Source of the DNA: Sarea resinae
Lineage: Eukaryota
DNA length: 64,000 bases
Assembly: GCA_026026165.1 (NCBI GenBank)
Contig: JAPEUD010000031.1
Span: forward strand, 124,001-188,000
Direction of reading: 5' to 3'
This document shows positions 49,321 through 63,030 of the stretch, in pieces (positions within the stretch are counted from its first letter, which is position 1; every line of letters begins with the position of its first letter). Made by a program: the position numbers and the translations under genes. The notes under the pieces are model-generated. The model saw nothing but the letters and a program-made list of their open reading frames with translations. It was not told the DNA's origin and made no database searches.

Positions 49321-50544
49321 CACGACATATACCCTATCTATCTATCCTTCTATCAACCACTAAACCCCTATAGAAGCTAGCCTGATAGATAGATCTGGGA
49401 GATCGAAGAGATCTCGTGAAAAAACCTAGATATAGATGTATATGGATCCGTATACACATGCTCTGACCTCTAGTTTTAACGGGTGTCTACAGACTACGGT
49501 CTATGTCATCTGAGTCATCTGAATCATCTGAGACATCTAATACAGAGAGAGGGGAGGAGAGGGGGAGAGAGAGCCATTGACATTAGCTGGCATCATGGGT
49601 TCGCGAGGACGTTGTAGACTCAGAGGCGGGTTGGAGACTAGGAACGAGCAACGCGAGCGTGAGAAAAGGAAGAGAAAAGCTTCATTCATTCAATTTCCAC
49701 TCATTCATCCATAAGCCCAAGAAGTCACCTACAGCAACCCGTTCCAAAACAAAAAAAAGAACAGAAAAGTCAGAAAAAGAATATCCGAGACGTCGTCGAC
49801 TCAAACCCAGCAGCCCAGGCATGTCCGTATCCACTATGCCATTCCAGAGCAGCACCAGAGGAGCTGATTCTAGAAGATATAGAAGAGGGACAGAGAGGAG
49901 GCTGGGGATGAGAGTCTCGTCCACCACACACATACCCCGCGGACAGAGTCACGAGGACCCGCCGACGGGAGGGGTGCGATGGGACTTGGGTTTGATCTGC
50001 CAACGCTCCGTTAAGACAACTCTCCTTGTTCCACTAAAGAATGGTGGAGAGGCCCTGCAGCACCGGACGTGCTGCATCGTTGGTTTTGGTTTGGTTTGGT
50101 CTGGTTTGGTTTCTCGTGTGTGCCTGTGCTTCTGTTGAGGCTGGGAGAGATAAGACACTCGTCCTCAAAGAGCAAGCTGAGAGATGGAGTTGTCCTCAAA
50201 CAGCAAGCAGGCATCGGAGAGAGACAGAGATCGAACAGATATGACAAAAGGGACCAAAGATCTCAAAGGGGGTTGAGAAGTGAGTCGGGACAGATAAAGA
50301 ACGGAAGCAGAGATAGAAAATGGAGAGATGACTACAAAATATCTCTAAGACTGTGGTATGGCATACATCAGAATGGTATTGAATGCAAATCGAAATGTGA
50401 ACGCCCGCCTAACAACCGTACCAGGCTGAAACCGGGGTCGTCCAATTGAAACCCAAAGTCATAAAACCTCCGCCGGGGCATCGTGAATCTAACTTTCCCT
50501 TACCCTACCCGATCTTCCTTACCTGCTCATGGTCATAATCCTCG

Positions 50545-52374
50545 TCAATCATGATAGTGCAAAAACAACTGGCTCACGCTCTCGCCATAATGGTTCCTGC
50601 GTATCGCCTCGGAAAGCAAATTCGACAGATCCAGCACCGACAACTTCCGCGTCGTGGCCGCCTTCTCCGACGGGATCGGGAACGAGTTTGTGACGACGAT
50701 ATGGTCAATGCACGGACAAGCTTCCATCTCGGCGAGACAGTCGGACCCGAATAAGCCATGCGTGGCGATACAGTAGACCTTCTTCGCACCGCCGCGTTTG
50801 ACAACTGTTTCAGCAGCAGCAATCCATGAGCCCGCTTTATCAATCATATCGTCGACGATGAAAACAGTCTTGTCGCGCACGTTGCCGACGAGCGTGATGG
50901 TTTGCTCGAGATGCGGGTCCTTGAAGTTTTCTTCTTCTTCATCCGACGTTGCAGCTGCGTCGATAGTGCCGCCCAAGGCATGGTCGGCGTTGGATGACAC
51001 ACCTGAGATGAATGACATGGCCATTGGATCGGGCGCTATTTCGGGACTCTCGGGGCCTCCTTGTAGTGCTGGGATTGACGCCGACATAGCGGAGATGGTG
51101 GGCGATGGATGGTCGTCGTCAACGATGTGACCGTGGATCAGTCGACCAGTGATGACATCCCGGGCTCTCTATGGAAAAGATCAGCATTGAAACATGGTCA
51201 AAGGATAAAAGCCCACCTCATCAGTATATTCATCCGACTGCTCGTCTTCTGGATCTCTAGTCGTAATCGTCGCCGTATGCGCTCGAGATAGCCGTGGCGA
51301 GGGTGGAGTAGATTCGGAAACTGAATCAACCCGAGTTGACCTTGCAAGCGGACTTGGCACATTTTTACCCGTGCCATTGGACAAACGATTTGGATTCCTC
51401 CCGTGAGATGAAGCCTTTTTCCTCTCATGGTCTTTATGATGAGGTCTCGAGCGGTCTGGTACCTCGACCTCATCTAATGGATCAAGCTGGACCTCGGCAT
51501 CGAGCTCTGCCTCTACCACATGTTGCGAATCGTAAGATCTGTCCGTGAACATGCTCTCCTGCATCATACTCCCATTCATATTGTTGTGAGGTCGCCGACG
51601 ATCTGTCGTGACGATGCCAAAGTTGAGTTTCAATGCGTCTGCCAGAGAGGTGACACGCTTGGTCCCGCCGGGATTCTTGCTGACGACCACCGCATCTTTC
51701 CAGCCCTGTACGTGACTTCGAATCCAGCGAGCGATAAGAGGTTCCGCAAAAAGATTATCAACTGGTTTGCCGAAGAAGCCTTGCATTTGTGACGCCTGTA
51801 GCGGTCAGAAGAAGCAAGCGAATTAGAAAACACATGGACTGACATGTAAATCGACGGTGATGACATGATCGACGCCGGCCATTGATAAAAGATTGGCGAG
51901 CATTCGAGCGGTGATTGCGCCACGATGGCTCTTCTTTTTGGACTGGCGAGAGTATGGGAAATATGGCATGACAGCTGGAACAATTAGACGAATACTGCAA
52001 GAGCCAACTGCGTCGACTGACCGGTAATTGACTTGGCCGAGCCTCCCTTGCAGGCCGAGATCATGATGAGCAGCTCCATGACATTGTCGTTGATTCTGAT
52101 CCATCAGCCACAATGCAGAGACAGAAATCGGGCGGATATACCTGCTGCTACCGCTCTGAACAATGAAGACATCTTGATCTCGCACAGAGCTCCCTGCGGC
52201 CGTCAGCTGTCATCCTTCGGGCCATGTGCGGATCCACTGACCAATCTTGACGCTCGTCTCTCCATTGCTGAATTTGCTCAGCTCACATTTGGCTGGCGTC
52301 GTGCCGATACGCTCACAGATAGAATCGACTAGGGTCGGATGCGACGATCCAGAAAAGATCTTGACCTGACGCAT
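50545..52374 (-). CDS. PRS1: Ribose-phosphate pyrophosphokinase, Prs1-type with long non-homologous insertion
   Basis: MRQVKIFSGSSHP, YFPYSRQSKKKSHRGAITARMLANLL, QMQGFFGKPVDNL, VVSKNPGGTKRVTSLAD, TDRRR followed by a long S/P/D-rich insert, then ITLVGNV..IVDDMIDKAGS and ATHGLF. Confidence 0.92.
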
Positions 52375-54452
52375 CGTGTCGAGCTATGAGGCGGCAATGT
52401 TTGCGTGTGGAACTCGAAGCGTGGGACAGTCATGCATCGCAAGAATCAAAAGAATGGTGGGGAAAATTCGGTGTTTGCTCCAGATGGATGCAAGCCCAGT
52501 CCGAGTCCGGGCCGCCCACGCCCACAGCATCACGGCAAGCAAAGGCCCTACTAGTGCAGGTCAACCGTAGCGGTACCTACCTTAGTCGTCGTAGTAGCCC
52601 GAGAGACCTGGGGCCCGATCATCTTCAGCGCGCATTGGAGAACCATTTCCGTAACATCGTGGCTTTCATTATAATTCTACATCTATGTTTTGAATGCCCT
52701 TCAGATCAGGGCGAGCGCCGATCGTCCTCGCGGACCCTTTCCGTCTATATGGGTAAGGAAAAGTGAGGCAAGTAACTTTTCGTCTCGAAGCGCAAAGAGC
52801 CGGCCCATCGTCGGAAAAATGGCCGTGATAGCCCCATCCAAGGAAGTGTTCACGTTCCCGTGATATAACGCCCGCAAATCAATGAAACCGCCAATAGTCT
52901 ATGACACCGAAAAGGAAAGAAATTCAGAAGAGGCTGCTTTTTGAGGGGAACAGAGATGACAAGAGGCTGAGCGGGGAGTGTTGTGTTGTGTTGTGTTGTG
53001 TTGTGTTCGAGTCGTGCGCATAGGCTGGCTTGGGTGATGCCGCGATGGGACTTGGTGATTGAGAAACGCGCTCGCTCGCTAATCGATGGGGCCGTGGCTG
53101 TCCCTCGTGGTTGTGTTAGAAAGTCATTCGACAGTCGCGAAAAGTGGAAAGCGGAAAGTGGAAAGTCGAAAGTGCCAAGTCCAGGGTTGATTGTCGCGGT
53201 GCATGACATTAGATGATGGCCCTTGCAGCCCGAGCGATGATCGCTCGGGTCCCCAATGCCATCATCCATCATCATTCGAGGAGCGGAGAGAACAAAGAAT
53301 CGTCCCCACAACGGCCGGGCATGCGACGAGAAAACGACAGGTCAATTTTGACACGGGGTGACAGCCAATCTGTCTGCTGGACCTGCATGGTCGTTAATCT
53401 TGTCGCTCTGGTGGAGAGATGAATGCCGGGGCGAGGGAGAGGGGAAAGCGAGGACTGTGCGGTCCACCACCAACGTACCTGAGAAGATCGATCCAGACCC
53501 ATCTCGAGAGGCGGAGAGACTAGGCCTTCGACGTGCACGGCAAACACGTCTTGAGCCGACAGTATTGGCATTGGTAGATGAACCAATGCGGCCCCGAATG
53601 GCAGATGCTGCAGTTCCAGACCATGAGAGTGGTGTCACTCTTGACCATCTGAAACGAATGCTGGCATGTATTGGGATTGGACATGACTCTGTTCGCCGTC
53701 GGCGGTCAGTACAATGCATCTTTGCCCCATCCATTCGAATTGTATTCACAATTGAAGACGTACATTACAATTCTGTTTCTTTTATCTTCCCGATCCTTGA
53801 GAGTAGGTATGCCGTAGCCTTTGACGATGAAAGAGACGCCGCAAAAGACACAAAGATCCACTCCAAGGTAAAGACAGAGGCTTGCTGTTGAGATACGACC
53901 GGACGAATTAACGAATTGCACGAATAGTAATGGTAATGGCAATCTCGGTGGATGGAGATAATTAATCCAGGGAGGAGTTGCAGAGGAGATCTCTCGAGTT
54001 TATACTCTTCTCTCCGGGCACTGTCCTGGCACTGTGCTCCGGCCGAATAAAAGCAAATCCCGGGCTGTAGCTTGCCTGCAGAGGGCAGGATGTGATCAAT
54101 GGCATGAAGCACGGTCCTCACCTTTTTGCACCCTGGCTTGGGCGAGGAGGGATTGAACTCCTAGTTTGCTCAAACATACTTTTCCCGAGAAGCAATCGGG
54201 GCCCAGGAAGAGACGGTTAGGCATGTCAGGGATATGAGTAGGTAGGCAAGGTTAGGTGGTGAGAAAGCCAGTATTAGTGAAGGTTACTACGTAGTAGTTG
54301 GGGGGTGACCAGAGAGGGACGCGGTGCGGTCAGAGGCAGATTCCCGGTAGAGCATTAGTGTAGTGCTTAAAAGTAGTATAGACCCGGGGGGGGGATGGTG
54401 GAGGGGAGGTGGTGTGGGAAGACTAGAAGGATGGGGGATAGGGCATGGAGGA

Positions 54453-54453
<1 letters not shown>

Positions 54454-54484
<31 letters not shown>

Positions 54485-54496
54485 GGGGGGGGGGGG
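54454..54496 (+). repeat. Poly-G tract (G30-A-G12)
   Basis: Read directly; further G-runs lie at 54386-54440. Confidence 0.9.
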
Positions 54497-57459
54497 TGGA
54501 AGGGTTGAGATTGGGAGAGCTGTTCTGTACCTGAGCAGAAGCAGAAGGCGAAAAGCAAGAAGGGGGTTCATTATGATGATGATGATGTCGGTGTCTGTCT
54601 GCTGTCTGACGAGCACGGTCTGGTCCATACAGGAGGAGCCAGGTAGCTCGACATGACATGGACGCTTTCATTCGTTTTTCGTGCTCTGATGACTACCTCA
54701 CCTTACTAAATCACCTTTCGACCTGATGTTCTGACGACCGTGCTGTCGGTGGGCTTACGGGGACTCCTGTCGAGGAGAGACCACGACAGAGGGCCTCTAC
54801 CACTCATCCCTTTCTACGAGAGTTTATGCTCTGGATTGCCTCGGAGAGAGAGGAGGTCGGTATGTACTGGATGTCTAGCCTACGCAGTACTCTGCTACAA
54901 TCCCGTCGCTTCGACAATCACAATCAGGAACGGGCACACCAACCTTGATGGAGTGATGCCCCCCCGTGCCAATCCGTCGGCTCCGTCTGCCGGGGACCGT
55001 GCCGCCACGAGGGGCTAGGATTGCCCTCTCCCCAAATAAATGAAGCGAATGCATCTAGAGCACATCCGGCACCTGAGCCCTGCACGGTGCTGGATGAAGC
55101 AATCGCAGAGAAGATGGAAGCGATCCTGATTAGAGAACATGCTCCGGGCGATCCATCCTAGGCCGTGTTCTGTGACGAAGGGCGAATACGTATACTCCGA
55201 GTACTGCGCAGTAATGACCGAGTTACTTCTAGTGGCATGATGCCATGGGGACTCGACCTCCTGCTACTGCTGACCGCCAGATTTCCTTCTTCTCAAGCTT
55301 GTTACAGCTTACGAGGCAGGTACCACCGTCCAGCCCAGAATCCCGGATCCGGAAGGCCAAAAAGAAGCCCAGTTGCTGGTCAGAGACGAGCACAGCACGA
55401 GCGGGAAGAGGGATATTGCTGAGGTTCGGGCGATTATTCCAGTCGTGATTCTGACAGGGCGTCACAGACGCAGTGATGCGATCCCGGTAGATCGGAAAGT
55501 CCCACCCGAAGATTTGTTAAGAGGGTCGAGGGCTGGGGAGCCATGGCTAATGATTCCCCCTTTTGGCAACAACGGCCAACGAGCAGCAGACAACCCTACT
55601 CCGGCGTCCTCCTAGGCGGTTTAGGCTGTCTGGGCTCAACAGCCGTCCGGGCCCCCGTCTCCAGCCCAGTCCCGGCGAGCTGGCTCTCGGTTTGTCTAGA
55701 CATCATCGCACATCGCACATCACATCGTGCATATCAGGGCTGCACATGGCACACTTCCGCCCGTGCTGCTGTCACAACGGTACTTGGGACTCCATGCATG
55801 CCTCGCTGACTTGGACACATGGTGTCCCATACATACATACAGCATCTTGCCTCGGACCGTTTGGCGTTCCCAGGGATTGGGTATCACTTCTTACGGTAGT
55901 CTGGTCCTTAGGCTCGTCTATCTCAGAGGTATCCCTGCCTAAAGCCAACAGGACAGTGCAACTACCGTCACCACCCGTCTGGCTTGGTCGTTTCAACAAT
56001 CACAATCACAATCACCGTCACCATCACAATCACAGCAGCTGCCGTCACAATCCGCTTTATCGTCACGTTTCGTTGCATCAGCAATCAGCCATTCGGCGCT
56101 ATTTTGGGCGCCGCGACGCACCGGGACCGGAACCCTGTGGAGGGAGTCAAACTGCCAAATGACAAGTTCGGAAAGGAAGAGAGGGAGTCGGGATCTGTAC
56201 GTAGCCGCTGGAATTCCAACGCGACGGCAGTGAAGGGACCTAGATGCAGATCCAAGGCTTGCCCACATCTGTCATCCATGTTGTTTCTGCCGCTGCTCCG
56301 CTGCCGGGCAAACCTTATGAAAGCCTCACGTAGGGAGTACGGTAGCTATTTTGGAAATTTCCGCATGCCCATGTGTGGCGAGTGTAACGTGAGGAGAGTC
56401 TTCAAACCCTAATCGTAGGTCCGGCTGGAAGAGCAGACAGCCGTGTAATTTCGAAATTAAGTGATAGCATGACGACGAGCTGGCGGTCAGCGGTCGGGGA
56501 GGTAGGAAATTACCATGGCTGATCCGCCATCGTCTTGGGCCGAGGGCATCTTGGCGTTTCTCACCTTGGTGGTCCTCTCGACTGTCCCTGTTGGGCATCT
56601 GTGCAACGCAGATCGGAGGCTCGGAAGCATAAATCTTCAAACTTTATCCAGACCGCTTGATCGCAGATTTGCGACCATGGCCGCACCATGATCTCCGGTG
56701 CTCGATTCCGGCGCTCGACTCCGGCGCCTCGGGGTCGGCAATTGTCACTTGATGGCGCGCACTCTTCTCAACAAGTCGACAATCTCCCAGTCGCCACTTG
56801 TGCTCGTCTTGCTCGATGATGCTCACCGCTTGACGTGACTACTGTAGTCCTTGGACGGTGGACGGTGGACGGGGGACCTCGGAGGCTGCAAGGGAACTGA
56901 TCCCATTGCTCCAATTTCAGCGCCGTTACGAGCCAAACTAAGGAGGCGACAGGCGAGATTGGAAACCTGACAGGGCAAAACAAACCACCACAAAACAAAA
57001 CAAAACAACGGCTTCGTTTCTTCTTCGGCGGGATCAGATCAGGATGCAAATGCTGCGCACGACCGAGTCAGCAGCTCCGGAAGGAAGCAAGCTAAGCAGC
57101 CTCGCCATCTGTACCTGCTGACCTGAATCCTGAATTCTGATGGGGCCGAGATGAGATTAGCAGGATCGTGAGTTGACAGTGGGGAGGACTGTAGATCGTG
57201 GACAGTAGACTGTGGGCGGTAGACAGCAATCAATGGATTCCCGTCTTCCTTGAAACCTCGACTCCACTCCACTCCACCCCACTCCACTCAAGTCCACTCC
57301 GCTGCCACCTCAAGCCTCCCACGACGCCATCCATCTATCATCCACCCATCATCCATTATCCATCCCCAACCAAAACAAAACAATTAAATGCAGTGCCTCC
57401 TTGTGTCCATATCACTCCCTCCTCCCTCACAAAAAGGACCACAATCCATCCCAATGCCC

Positions 57460-57635
57460 ATGCCCACGCCCACGCCCACGCCCACGCCCTTCCGTATCCG
57501 CATCCCAAGCCTGATCCAGCGCCACCACGCTTCACGGCCACGCTTCACGACCACGCTTCACGACCACGCTTCCAGGCTTCACGCACCTCGACGCCCAGAC
57601 GCCCAGACGCCCAGACGCCCAGACGCCCAGACGCC
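57460..57635. repeat. Compound tandem repeats: (CCCAYG)n, (CCACGCTTCACGR)x3, (ACGCCCAG)x5
   Basis: Read directly; head-to-tail units with no spacers. Confidence 0.85.
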
Positions 57636-58299
57636 TGCCGAGTAGACTACTAGACCGAGGTACTACCTAGGTAGCCACGAGGCCGCCCTGCACATCCTCA
57701 TTCTCGTCCTCATCCTCATCCCCACCCCACCCATTCCTCTCATTCCCCTTTCTACTACCACTCCTACTACCTTTCCTACAGCCACTCCTCCCCTTCTCAC
57801 TCCTACTACCACGCCCCCTCCTCCCACGCGAGCTGGTGGTATACTAGCATATCCGCATATCAGCATATCAGCCTCCCAACAGCCAGGCCATCGGGACCAC
57901 GACAGCTCTAGCCCGTGCCAGGTCTCGCATGCATCAGCTCGGCATGGCCTGATCTGCTCTGATCTGATCTGATCTGCTCTGAGCTGCTCTGAGCTGCTCT
58001 GAGCCGCCCTGTCTTGAATTGCCCTGAACCGAACTTTCCTAAACCGAGCTGGAAAAGTCAAGTACGAATGGACGGACGGACGGGCGTGATGTCGTAGTCG
58101 GGTTTGTTTTTCTAGCCAGCGGTCCGAGGTCAGTGGAGAAGGGAACGGAACAGAAGGGAAGAGACGGGAGGGGAAGGGAAGAGAGGTGTGGCTCCCTACC
58201 GCCCGACCACCAACCACTGCCCACTGCCGCCCACTGCCCACCGCCACCGACGACGACGGCGATAACAACGACGACGAACTTATCCTTGAGCAACCTCTA

Positions 58300-59350
58300 C
58301 CTCTACCTCTATCTCTAAAAACTATTAAACATCAAGCTGTCATGAGACATCAATATAAAGAGACATTAGAGCGTAAAGACACTAGATACCTAGAGAGAAG
58401 TATCTTACTTTAGGGACCAAAAAAAAAGCCCTGAAAAAACAAAGAGAGAGAGAAAGACATAAGTTTACTCTAGAGTCAGATTCGATCGAGTCAGAGTCAG
58501 AGTCGAGAGAGAGAGATAAATATATATAGCAAGTAGATTAGAGAATCTACAGATTTAGAATATCTAATAGATAGATTAGGTAGGTAAGGTAGAGTAGGTA
58601 GACCTGTTTCTGTGTACACTTAATGGACAACTATCATCTACCTAAGGTATATAACTTACCTACCTTCTGACTTATAGTGCTATAGAGCAGTAGTTCTTCT
58701 TCTTCTTCCATAAAGGATAATTAAAAAAGAAGTAGTATATTAATACAGTAAGGAATTTATTAGACCTATATACCTACCTACTTAACTAGAAGACTTAGTA
58801 GCCTCTCTAAACTTTGAACCCTTAACTTTTAATGTTATCTTAGAGTAAGTAAAGAAGAGAAGAGAAGAGAAGAATATACTACCTACCTACAAATAATAAA
58901 TTAGAAAGTTATTTTTATCTATAAAAAGAAAGAAAGAAAGCAAAAATACTATAGGTTAGTGGGTCTATAGGTCTTTAGCTAGGTAGGAGAGGGGTAGGAG
59001 AAGAAAGGTAGGATTAGATCTCCTTAGTGTGTAGGCTTAACTCTCTTCTTCTCTCTATTCTCTTTTTTCTTTCTCTTTCAACTATCTTTTTCTCTTCTCT
59101 CTCTTCTTTCTTATTCTTCACCTATTCTCTCTCTCTCCTCTCTTCTCTCTTTACCGCTTTTAATTACGTCTAGACATGACTCTGATCTCTCTTTCTTTTG
59201 ACTTTTTGTCTGACTAGGGGTTGTCTTCTATCTATGTATACATTTGGAGAGAGAGAGAGAGAGAGGAATAAATAATGCCTAGCTAGATAGAGACACAAGA
59301 CAGAAGTCGGGAGGTGAATCAGACCTATTTGAATAGATAGCATAGTCGAC
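58300..59350. repeat. AT-rich, TpA-enriched low-complexity block (RIP-like relic)
   Basis: Abrupt drop in GC, abundant TAG/CTA/TA, few CA/TG, (AG)n and (TC)n tracts, no credible ORF. Confidence 0.6.
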
Positions 59351-59474
59351 TCTGTTCTAGACGACGTACAAGACAGCTTGTGAGGTGAATTGGATTCATT
59401 TCATAACTAAAACTACTCTAGCCAACGTTCCTTCCCCGTCGGAAGCCACGAGTCACAAAAGAACGACCACAAAA

Positions 59475-62400
59475 CTAAGTATAGATACTCTCGGTCCACT
59501 CGTTCACCTGCATGCCCTTCTCCGCCATCTCGGCATCCTCGAGGAAATCCAACGGCATCCACACCAGATGGCCCTTGATGTCGTCGAGCGCCCGCCGCAC
59601 CTCGGCCACGGGCTGGTACGGGTTGTAGAGGTGGCCCTGCTTGTGTTTGGCGTCACCCTGGCGCGGCACAAACGATGCGTAGTCGTCGAACGTTTTGACT
59701 GCAGGTTCCGTCAGTAGTCTGCGGAGCACGATAGGATAGAAGAGGGCATAGATCATGAGGGACCACTCACTGTTATCATCGGGATCCGCGTGGAACAGAT
59801 ACCGAAATACTTCCGTGTTCTTTGTCGCTCGCCCCGTCCACATGTCCCATACCTCATCTCCGAGCGGATCCGCCACGAATTCGTACGTCTCATCCTTTTG
59901 CACATCGTTCGGACAATCACCCGGCGGCTGCGCGTTCGGGTCGTCTTTCGCGTCGAGAGATTGCGCCGGTAGCAGACCGAGATGCTCGCGCCAGAGCATG
60001 CGCCGGAGCGTCGCCGCGTGCTGGCCCGCCTTGTAGGGTTTGCCGTCCATCGTACTGTCCAGGACGTTGTAGTCTTCCATCACGATGGAAAGCTCGCTGT
60101 CGTGGAAGCCGAGCTGAGAACGGTCGTTGATATTCGAACTACCGCAGAGAGCGATGCGATCGTCGACGATGAGGACCTGTGATGATCAGAAACAATATTC
60201 GGGCTTCCGCAGTGTCGACGGACGACGTACCTTCCCGTGAATGTACAGCTCCTCCTGCACATAGTTCGCCTTCTCGCCCTCTTCCTCGCCGGCCCACTCC
60301 TCTTCAGACACCTTCCCTTCATTCAACATTGCATCTTTAGCAATCGAATCCTGTCCCACGACCTGACCCTCCTGCAATCCCACCTTATCCCGCTGGGCTT
60401 CAAACTCTCGTTTGCGATCAACCAATCTCTGCGTCTCTAGATGACCAGTATCGTCCGCATGGCTCTTGTCGCCGCGGGTATGGTCATGGACACCATGGAT
60501 GTTCTCGCCCATGATCTCTTCTGCTTCTGCTCTTTGCACGTCCTGGTATTTGACCCCGGATTTTTCTTCTTGCTCTCTCATCTTAGGGGTCATATTGATA
60601 CGGTCGTAGGACCGGAGATTGAAGAAGAAGATATGATCTGATATGTTAGCAAACACTCTCGGGCAGAGACAACCTACTTACTCTTCGGGTCGACTCCCTC
60701 CGCCTTGATCTGGCCGGCGATAGATTTCTCTCCACGATGGATGGACTTGTATTGGTAATCCATGATTGCCCTAAGAGGAATCAGTATGGTCATCACCTCA
60801 AGTCAATGGATCCTGACCTTGTTCCAGTGGCAGCATCCGATCGCAAGTCGCCAGCGAATCCAGGGATAGCAGGAATGACCACTATGACTCGGAACTTTCT
60901 TCCCTCTTTACCAGCTCGAACGCAGGCGTCGACAATTGCTCGACCAATTGTATTGTTGATTGGGGATTGCTCAGTTCCGGTTGCGGTGACTGCGGCGTCA
61001 GCGGGTGCATCACCAGCTCGGAAGACCACTTACTGAAGAACTGATTCTCTATGTATACATAATGCTGCGCGTTGCGAATGATCTCCGAATACGCATTCTG
61101 AATACTGTGTTCGACTAGAATCCCGCTACTCCAATCGGCACTGCTCCGAACAAGTTGAGCATGCACCGACCCCTTATTCTCGACCGATTCTGCATTGATT
61201 GATGATAGCGGGTGGTGGATGTAGTCGCCGACGGGGAACTTGGGCCTCTGAACACCTATCAGGTCTTCGTCGTGCCCTTCCCGACCCGTCATGGTAAGCC
61301 AGTCCACACGTCTATCCCGCTTGTACTTGTCGCGTTTGATGAAATTCCAACGCTAGATTATTTAGCCAGTGTTTGAGCGTACGCTTCGTGTCGCCACTCA
61401 CCAGAACAAAATGCTCGGCAATGTCGTATACACAAGGGCCGATCACGCCCATGGCGACATCGTGCCAGGGCATACGACCATAATCGGCTTTGCTCAGTTC
61501 GTTCGATTTCCTACAAAGATTAACATGTTTCCATGACCGCGATGCGCGTTGGCTCACCAGTCCTCGACACTCTGAAAGTCCATTATTCTGTTCTGCAGAG
61601 AGTCAGCATCCCATGTCTTTGCTCGTGAAAAAAAAGCTTACATTGTTGAAATCTTGCCCGGGGAAAACTTCATGCTGAACTCCGGCCGGATGAACATCGG
61701 CCAATGGATGCTGCTTGTGGTCCCAACGCCCGAAGCACAAATCGAGACCACCAATGAATGCAAGCTTGTAATCAATGACAATGAATTTTTCATGATGAGC
61801 CTACAGATATTAGCGCTCGATCAATTCTCGACACCATAGCCGCATACCCAGTAAAACGTCATGTCCCCGACGTTCTCGAAAACGTTGTGATCCGGATGCC
61901 GCAAAACATTGATGTTGCCATGGCCCTTGGACCCTGGCGGACACAGCGCACGTAATGCATGTTTCGTATGAGCACTGTTGCAAGTGATGGCTGCAGAGAC
62001 CTAGACGGGTCATCAACACGCCGTCTGTAGAGTCGCATGAAATCAACTCACCTCTTTGTAGACAATGACATAGATCTTGACGCCCGCTTCTGCCTTGCGC
62101 TTGAGGATCTGATCTAGACGCCATTCTTGGTTGTAATAAGGCGGGCGACGCAGGAACTGCTCCCGGTCAGCCGTCGTCGGACGAACAGCAGCGTGCAACG
62201 TACCAGCTCCGGGGAAAGCCACCAGTCGGCGATATAGATGGTTTCTTTTGCTCTTTCGAGAGCGACCGAGACGGCCTATCCGACCGGGATGATGTCAGTT
62301 GATCAGCCCTTTTGGCTTTTCGAGCGGCGGACTCACCCAAAAGTAATCCCTTCCGTCGACATACCACTTGATGTTGTTCCCGTCGCGCTCTGGCGCAAAT

Positions 62401-62663
62401 GACTCGTATCGATGGCTTTGGGCGATCTTGGCGCGCTTGTCGTCGGTGACCTTCTCATGTTCCTCATCGTGTCGGTGGTTGGTATTGATCAGGTTGCCGA
62501 ACTTGCCAATCTCATGCTTGAAATTGGACGCCTTGCTCTTGATGTCGTAAAGATGGGTATGCTTGAGCTTCTGACGCAGGTCTGGAAACGGATGCTGGAC
62601 CTTGTCGCCGAGGGGTCGCTGCGGGTTGGAGGATTGCGCGGGGTCGGCGTCGTTGGAAGCCAT
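59475..62663 (-). CDS. Phospholipase D with two HKD motifs, short N-terminus without PX/PH (many introns)
   Basis: KWYVDGRDYFW, IYIADWWLSPEL, HKD1 WAHHEKFIVID..GGLDLCFGRWD, RMPWHD, YIENQFF, HKD2 YIHGK|VLIVDD..GSSNINDRSQ..DSE. Start uncertain. Confidence 0.92.
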
Positions 62664-63030
62664 GACGTCGTCTGGTCGCGGTTGCCTGCGTGCGCACCGG
62701 GCGCGGGATGATGCCGTCAAGTGGACGAAACGAAGCGCTTCACTTAGACCAGAATGCCGGGCTGATCAGGAAAAGAGTGGTCGTGAGTGGTGTTGAGCAC
62801 GAAGGAGGAATCAACAAGATGATGGGCTTATTACTGGGCTCTCGGGCTGTGTTGCTTACCTACCTTAAGGTATCAAGTAGGAAGTAGACGGGCATTCGTC
62901 ATAACTTGTTTTCGGCAGGGCCTGATGCCCCTCGATCCTGCTCTCTCGTCTAAGACCGGGCAGGGCAGTCCTTTCACCCCACCTCGCCTGCCACACCCCC
63001 CCCAAGGACGAATACGAACATGCTGCGCCG

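Noticed and set aside
56405..56412. AACCCTAA as a possible telomerase RNA template in the gene desert
   Set aside because: Only 8 nt, expected by chance; no boundary stem or pseudoknot I could identify.
57520..57635. Repeat arrays as CRISPR-like
   Set aside because: Head-to-tail short units without spacers, eukaryotic context, no cas genes.
61471..61482. CATACGACCATA, resembling the fungal 5S rRNA 5' end
   Set aside because: Similarity stops after 12 nt and it lies inside a PLD coding exon.
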